Below, one piece after another: positions 59,501 through 64,000 of a stretch of DNA of 64,000 nt. The first letter of the stretch is position 1, and each line of letters begins with the position of its first letter. The position numbers were made by a program, and so were the translations under genes. The stretch is from a virus (taxonomy: Duplodnaviria; Caudoviricetes), in the IMG/VR virus record IMGVR_UViG_3300021400_001310, positions 1-64,000 of that record; one strand, written 5' to 3'. The notes beneath the pieces were generated by a model. That model did not search any database and was not told the origin of the DNA. It saw only the letters and a list, made by a program, of their open reading frames with translations.

Positions 59501-59717
59501 ATTCTGTCATATATATCTCAACAGAATGTATATATTTAATTCCTGCCCGTTTGCAAGCTGCCCATTTTTCTGTCCAATTGGAAATCTTGCCGTGTTCGCT
59601 TATTGATAAAGCTTTAGAGCCATCTCTTACACATAACTCTACATACTCTTTAGCATCCGTACAGCTATCAAGTAAACTATAATCACTATGACAGTGATAC
59701 ATTATATAATTATTAAT
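56568..59717 (-). CDS. dnaE: DNA polymerase III alpha subunit (ATT start inferred; first ATG at 59702)
   Basis: PHP HCHSDYSLLD, RGSVGGS, DIDID, HPAG, YGFNxSH-like YQFGYNHS. Confidence 0.93.
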   Translation of the reverse strand: MNNYIMYHCHSDYSLLDSCTDAKEYVELCVRDGSKALSISEHGKISNWTEKWAACKRAGIKYIHSVEIYMTESLQEKVRDNYHTILMAKNLDGVKEINDLVSRSFKDDHFYYVNRITFDEFLNLSDNVITTSACLASPLNKLPDKHPMYMKLAKKYDFLEIQPHICEEQAEYNKRLFVLSKRIDKPLIVGTDTHSSSQYKSECRDILLEAKRKSYSDDKFDLTYKTYDEILEMFKEQNALPEEEYVKALNNTNLLDELTEEIELDTSIKYPILYGTREKDAEIFEQTIKEKFDSKVEERIIPPEQVEAFESAIKEEVRVFKKLHMEGFMLSMSELISWCKSQNMAIGIARGSVGGSRVAYVTDIIDLDPETWHTVFSRFCNEDREEIGDIDIDCVESDRPAIFEHIIQRFGADKTARVASFGTLADKSVIDEIGRALMYRWNQNRGYKFNEKIKENPYNYDKIAQIKSEYSQSPEETKNKYPDIFYYFDGLVGTKVSQSVHPAGMVISPITLNDNFGVFDKDGEICLMLDMDNVHDYTGLAKYDFLILKTVQVIRDTCNYLNQPYPKSHEIDWNDKNVWADMIRSPSGIFQFESKFSFDCLRRFKPQNIFDMSIVTACIRPSGTSYRDDLLARKIHSNPSDIIDELLKDNLGYLIYQEDTIKFLQQICGLSGSASDNIRRAIGRKQKDRLDAALPSILDGYCSKSPKPREEAEKEAKEFLQIIEDSSNYQFGYNHSIAYCMLGYLCAYYRYYHPLEFLTAFLNNAANEDDIKNGTEYATKSGIKVTMPKWGVSKEEYFFNTEKNTIAKGLGSIKYMGSSAGKQLFELSKDNQYDYFFDLLDDIANETKIDQKQLDILIKIDFFSDFGNQRELLKMFELFYGIFNKGQVRKIPKVKVEGSRLESVIKKYSISTTKSGGEAKSYTVLDVESLLRETENQIKDLHVEDLSTYLKMANFVDIMGYPGYSSGKESDRRKLYIVDIYPLRRHKDNKLFGYSVKTHSIGSGKDSLFTLPNYIYKHSPIEKGETIQCTSWEKRNQYYWLLGYNKIYC

Positions 59718-59728
59718 TTAGACACCCC

Positions 59729-60721
59729 CTAATTTAAACGACAACGTTGTTCATATAACTTTTGAAAGACTTCAACTCCTTTATCTACCGGGCTATCCTT
59801 TTCATTTAGCAAATTCCTTTTATCTTTAATGTACTCAACTGTTACAAACTGTTTTAATTTGTTAATCTGATGATCTTGTGTTACATCAATATCTTTATCT
59901 AAAGCGAAAACCACTCTACAGCCGAGCTTGGCAAGGATTTTTAATTGATTAGCATTTAGATGTGATGTTAAAATCGCTCCGGTATTACGAATTCCCCACG
60001 AATCCGCAAGCAAAACGCTCTTACATCCTTCAAAAATAATAATTTCTTTCTTCTCTTTTATATATTCAAGGTTGTCTGATAGTCCATAAATGGTATTCAT
60101 CGTTCCCCATTGATAAAAATAACAATATTTCCTTAATTTTTTTGCTTTCCAATCGCTATCAACGGTTCTTCCGCCGATATTTACTATCTTTCCATCAACA
60201 TTTTTGATTGGATATACTATTCTCTCGGAAAAACTATCATATTTTACCTGAAATTTTTCTAAAGATTCGTCCGAGATGCCTTCTGATCTCCAAATATTAA
60301 GCATATCATCACGATTTTCGTATCTATTCATATAATCATCAGCAAGAACGGTAGCTTTGCTTTGCTTAACTGTAGTTTTTGGCTTTTCAAATCGTTTAAA
60401 AACTGTCGTTGCGTTTAATTTATACCTTACCTTGATATCAACGTCGTTTAATCCTGCGTATTTCTTTAAAATCTCAACTGCTTCAGGTGCTGAACAGTTG
60501 TGATAGTGCCTAACAAACGTGTAAACATTCCCACCAATGCCAGAACTATAGTCAAAAAACACCGGTGGCTTTTGTCTGACCGAGAATGAAGGGGTTTTCT
60601 CGTCTTTGAAACAACTTAAACCCCACCATTCATCTCCTCTTTGAACTAAGTCAACATAATTCGATATAAAATCAACAATATCTATTGATTTAATTAAGTC
60701 ATCTAACTCTAATTGAATCAC
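59729..60721 (-). CDS. DnaG-type primase
   Basis: EKTPSF Zn-binding-like domain; Toprim IFEG and DKD. Confidence 0.88.
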   Translation of the reverse strand: MIQLELDDLIKSIDIVDFISNYVDLVQRGDEWWGLSCFKDEKTPSFSVRQKPPVFFDYSSGIGGNVYTFVRHYHNCSAPEAVEILKKYAGLNDVDIKVRYKLNATTVFKRFEKPKTTVKQSKATVLADDYMNRYENRDDMLNIWRSEGISDESLEKFQVKYDSFSERIVYPIKNVDGKIVNIGGRTVDSDWKAKKLRKYCYFYQWGTMNTIYGLSDNLEYIKEKKEIIIFEGCKSVLLADSWGIRNTGAILTSHLNANQLKILAKLGCRVVFALDKDIDVTQDHQINKLKQFVTVEYIKDKRNLLNEKDSPVDKGVEVFQKLYEQRCRLN

Positions 60722-60735
60722 CCCGCTTAGTTTTA

Positions 60736-62064
60736 TTAAAACGGCGATTGCGGAATGTGCTGTTTTGCTTCTTCGTATAAGATATGATTGCCGTCAAAGA
60801 ACAAATCAATATACTCTCCTTGAGACATCTGCATTCCATTACGATTAAACGTTACTTTAAGCTTTTTATTACCGCACTCAATACCATCAGCTTCAATTTC
60901 TTCTGGAGTTTTGTCTTGAATCATACAAATCGTACTTGCGTTTCTTGCAATTTTTGCAGAATCGGCTAACCTACCTGTTCCTGTCGCTTGAGCCGCACCT
61001 ATTGCAGCGATATTCATATCTCCGGCGATCTGATTCTTAACCATATCAACAAATCGTCCTAACTCTGCATAACTATCCCACGCATCTCCGTCACCTTTTG
61101 ATTTGAAATAATCAACAATCAGCACATCTATGCCTTGTATATGGTCGATTCTTTTAATCGCTGTATAAATAGACTGAAGATCAAATGTGGGAATATAAAT
61201 ATGTGTAAACTTCTTTGTTTTAATCCATTGAATAGCATTATCAATCTTCATCTCTTCTTCTTTTGAGTATGCTCCTACTAAAAGTTTGCGATATTCAATA
61301 CCAGACAAATGAGCTATTACTCTTGCAGTAAACATTCTTGTATTAAGCTCGCTGTCAAGATATAAAACCGACTTATCTTGCTTTAATAAATCAATAGCAC
61401 AGTTTAGAAGTAACATACTTTTACCTTGCTTTGCTTCAGCACCAAAGATTACTAATTCCCCTCTCTCAATCGAGACATAATCATTTAGTTTCGGAAACTT
61501 AAATGGTATTCCTGAGTATGTAGAATTCTGTCTCGACTTTATCTCAGCCCAATACGCATCAATTACATCTTTGTATTCAGGAAAATCATCTGCATGAGTA
61601 TATGACATTGATATTTGATCAATCTCGTCATATATCTTTTGCTCAAGATTGTCGATTGATTCGTTATAACAAAACTCTTTACTCTTATCAAGCGCAGAAA
61701 CCAAATCTCTTCGCATTGCACAATCTAAAACTTTATTAACAAGCAGTCTATATTCTTCCACTGTGTAACGAGCAATCACGTCACTCATTTCAATCAGTTC
61801 TTGTAGCTGAGTTACTGATATTTCTTTAGCAATTCTTTTCGTAGCTTCAGAAGTGTCTAATATTTCAAAAATGTTATACGCATCCACGTTGGTTACACCC
61901 TGTTCAACGAGCATTTGAATTGCTGTGTAGATATATGCGTTCTCCGATATTGAAAAATCAGCAGGATGTAAATTCTCAGACATATATATAAACTCTGGAT
62001 TATGTATAAGAGTCGCAATTATACCGGCTTCACTCTCTACGCTGCATATCTTATTGTTATCCAC
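60736..62064 (-). CDS. DnaB-type replicative helicase
   Basis: GAEAKQGKS, LDSE, IVDY, NRNG. Confidence 0.9.
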   Translation of the reverse strand: MDNNKICSVESEAGIIATLIHNPEFIYMSENLHPADFSISENAYIYTAIQMLVEQGVTNVDAYNIFEILDTSEATKRIAKEISVTQLQELIEMSDVIARYTVEEYRLLVNKVLDCAMRRDLVSALDKSKEFCYNESIDNLEQKIYDEIDQISMSYTHADDFPEYKDVIDAYWAEIKSRQNSTYSGIPFKFPKLNDYVSIERGELVIFGAEAKQGKSMLLLNCAIDLLKQDKSVLYLDSELNTRMFTARVIAHLSGIEYRKLLVGAYSKEEEMKIDNAIQWIKTKKFTHIYIPTFDLQSIYTAIKRIDHIQGIDVLIVDYFKSKGDGDAWDSYAELGRFVDMVKNQIAGDMNIAAIGAAQATGTGRLADSAKIARNASTICMIQDKTPEEIEADGIECGNKKLKVTFNRNGMQMSQGEYIDLFFDGNHILYEEAKQHIPQSPF

Positions 62065-62078
62065 GCTATCACCTCACT

Positions 62079-62855
62079 TTAATTATTGAACATCTGATAA
62101 TACTCACAAGAATTATTTAAACCACACAGGTATTTACATCTAAAATATTCTATTTCTGGATTGAATTCATCTGTTTCTTCGATTTTATGAATAGTATCAA
62201 TTGCCCATCTTTTAATTTCTTCATATCGTTCTAATCGAAAAGGTTCTTTAATAAAATTATTTGCAAGAAAAGAATTGATACATAAATATTTCGGTAACCT
62301 TTTATACTCTCTTTCTATTGGAACTGCGTATAAATATAACTGATCAAGCGTCTTTTCGATATCTTTATCATTCTTTGTTAAACGTTTCTTTTTTGAACGA
62401 GGTTTTAATCTTTTTGACTTATGATCTACTATACATAAATCATTTCCGTCTAAACCTAAATAATCAATTACTCCGACAAAATTATAATTATTTAATTTAA
62501 AAAACTGTTTTGACTCAACAGATATTTTTTCAAGAGGTATAGGTTCAAAACTATCTAAATAACTAAGCCCATCCTTGATATATTTACAAACAGTTTGTTC
62601 GCTCGGACGCTCTCCTTTAACCTCAGATGAGAAGTTCAGTAAAAATTCTTTTTTTAAATCTTCTTTTTTTATCTGTCCATTATAGAATTGTTCTAACAAT
62701 CCGTGCATAAATTTGCCGAAACTCGAATAAAACATCTCTTCGTTATTCGCTTTATATATATATCTTAAAAAAAACTGATATGGACATTCTTCAAAACATT
62801 TAATACGAGTGTAGCTCCATGTCATCTTGTCTATGATTGGTTTATATTTTGCCAT
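62079..62855 (-). CDS. PD-(D/E)XK exonuclease (AddB/Cas4-like, probable Fe-S)
   Basis: WSYTR..ECP, GVID, IVDHKS, QLYLY, C-terminal three Cys. Confidence 0.85.
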   Translation of the reverse strand: MAKYKPIIDKMTWSYTRIKCFEECPYQFFLRYIYKANNEEMFYSSFGKFMHGLLEQFYNGQIKKEDLKKEFLLNFSSEVKGERPSEQTVCKYIKDGLSYLDSFEPIPLEKISVESKQFFKLNNYNFVGVIDYLGLDGNDLCIVDHKSKRLKPRSKKKRLTKNDKDIEKTLDQLYLYAVPIEREYKRLPKYLCINSFLANNFIKEPFRLERYEEIKRWAIDTIHKIEETDEFNPEIEYFRCKYLCGLNNSCEYYQMFNN

Positions 62856-62872
62856 AATCAATTACCATTCAG

Positions 62873-63256
62873 TTAAAACGGTAACGGCTCGTCGTCGATA
62901 TCTAAGTCTCCCTCAACGGGTTCAGGATCATCCTTTGAAACCGTTTCTTCATTCTTTTTATAATTTGAGGAAACAGATTCAAATGAAAAAACTTTATATG
63001 ATATATACTCTCTTTTGGTTTCTTTGTTATAGGATGTTGAAACATCAACCTCTCCGAGTTTAATTCTATCGCCTTTCTTCAATGCTAATGCCTGCTGTGA
63101 TACTGCAGAACCAAGACATCTGACAATTCCTGAAAAATCAGTTATGTATCCCTTATCTTCACTTTTCTTACTAATTGATACCCTAAGTTTTGTTACATTG
63201 TTTGAGATTGATTCAACTTCCCAAACCGTAGCATATGCGCCATTTCTAAATCCCAT
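62873..63256 (-). CDS. Single-stranded DNA-binding protein
   Basis: OB-like fold, acidic tail ending DDEPLPF. Confidence 0.85.
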   Translation of the reverse strand: MGFRNGAYATVWEVESISNNVTKLRVSISKKSEDKGYITDFSGIVRCLGSAVSQQALALKKGDRIKLGEVDVSTSYNKETKREYISYKVFSFESVSSNYKKNEETVSKDDPEPVEGDLDIDDEPLPF

Positions 63257-63269
63257 ACTTAACACTCCT

Positions 63270-63992
63270 TTAAAAATTTGTTTTCTTTAAAAATTTATTT
63301 TCAAATTCTGTTAAAATCTTTGAAGCCAAAACAGGTTCAGATACTTTTCTGTAATCTCCGTCTTTCACATACTGCGTCATAAATTTACGAACGTCATCTG
63401 TTCTTTCTGGATTAGCTGCCAAATATACATTAACATAATCTTTGATTAGACCTTTAATCGATTCGAGAGTTGCTTTCTGTTCAGCAATTTCAGCTTCTTT
63501 TTGTTTAGAACGATATGCATCTACATCAGTTTCCATCTGTGCGATTTGGAAAAAGCTTATAAGAAAATATCTTGTACAATAAGTAATTGCACTACCGAAG
63601 CTTTGGCTGGGATCAGCCTGAGAACCAGTCAGGAACCACCTTACATCCATTCTATCATCAGGATTATCGTCATTAATCCAAGTAAAAACCATCTCAGCGG
63701 TAACAAGCATCTCAGTTTTTGTTTCGTCATAAGTTCTTCCTTGTTTATCAACCTTAGTGCTAACATTAGTAATCGAACTAACTTCTCCTGTAGTTGGAAC
63801 GATTGAAGGAATAAGTGAAACTCTGTATTTTTCCATACCGGCAGTTATCTTTGCAAGAATATTTGTGATATCAGAATACTTATAGTTGTATCCTTTTTTA
63901 TCCTTCTTTACGGCTTCTGCAAACTTTCTGATCTTTGAAAGCTTTTGAACGAGATTAAGCTCGCTCTCTGTTGTATTATTCTGTGTTGGCAT
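63270..63992 (-). CDS. ERF-family single-strand annealing protein
   Basis: KKGYNYKY, QSFGSAITYCTRY. Confidence 0.85.
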   Translation of the reverse strand: MPTQNNTTESELNLVQKLSKIRKFAEAVKKDKKGYNYKYSDITNILAKITAGMEKYRVSLIPSIVPTTGEVSSITNVSTKVDKQGRTYDETKTEMLVTAEMVFTWINDDNPDDRMDVRWFLTGSQADPSQSFGSAITYCTRYFLISFFQIAQMETDVDAYRSKQKEAEIAEQKATLESIKGLIKDYVNVYLAANPERTDDVRKFMTQYVKDGDYRKVSEPVLASKILTEFENKFLKKTNF

Positions 63993-64000
63993 TTAATACC

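Larger units (their letters stand above)
1..64000. mobile_element. Temperate SPbeta-like siphophage genome segment (non-integrated form, attP intact)
   Basis: Continuous terminase-portal-capsid-tail-lysis-attP/int-replication gene order; YonO-like RNAP; phage genes on both sides of the att core; no block of host chromosomal genes. Confidence 0.95.

Noticed and set aside
10626-62064. Inteins in TerL, NrdD, DnaE or DnaB
   Set aside because: Protein lengths are ordinary and no intein splice or LAGLIDADG blocks were seen
62079-62855. Cas4 / CRISPR adaptation gene
   Set aside because: Sits in an ERF-SSB-exonuclease-helicase recombination cluster; no cas1, cas2 or array
1-64000. Genome-wide stop-codon reassignment
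   Set aside because: Genes are full length and densely packed under the standard code, and all three stops are used
1-64000. Arbitrium system or CI/Cro lysogeny switch
   Set aside because: No AimR-like TPR protein, peptide gene or repressor pair recognised; may lie outside the window

Overview
The whole 64-kb window is one contiguous stretch of an AT-rich, temperate, long-tailed (siphovirus-type) phage with SPbeta-like organisation. The host is probably a Firmicute/Clostridia, inferred from gene style and SD/sigmaA signals. Left to right: (i) a compositionally distinct, leftward-transcribed ~1.1-kb segment saturated with a polar CGGT[C/A]GCCGT motif; (ii) a tyrosine recombinase, a YonO-like single-subunit RNA polymerase with an overlapping wHTH/Zn-ribbon partner, a phosphoesterase, a second tyrosine recombinase and an HU-like protein; (iii) terminase, portal, head, connector and tail genes, including a putative head-completion gene split by a group I intron that carries a GIY-YIG homing endonuclease, a PAPS-reductase-family gene, a 3184-aa tape measure and modular tail-tip/fibre genes; (iv) lysis genes; (v) an intact attP (3' half of tRNA-Trp plus 10 arm repeats) with int/xis; (vi) a leftward nucleotide-metabolism/replication operon (FTR-like protein, NrdD-glutaredoxin fusion, Gmk, ThyX, MTase, DnaE, primase, DnaB, exonuclease, SSB, ERF). 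The strongest unexplained signals are the reading-frame-independent polar motif at the left end and the repeated use of ATA/ATT/CTG start codons behind strong SD sites. All product calls come from motif reading by eye; no database searches were run.
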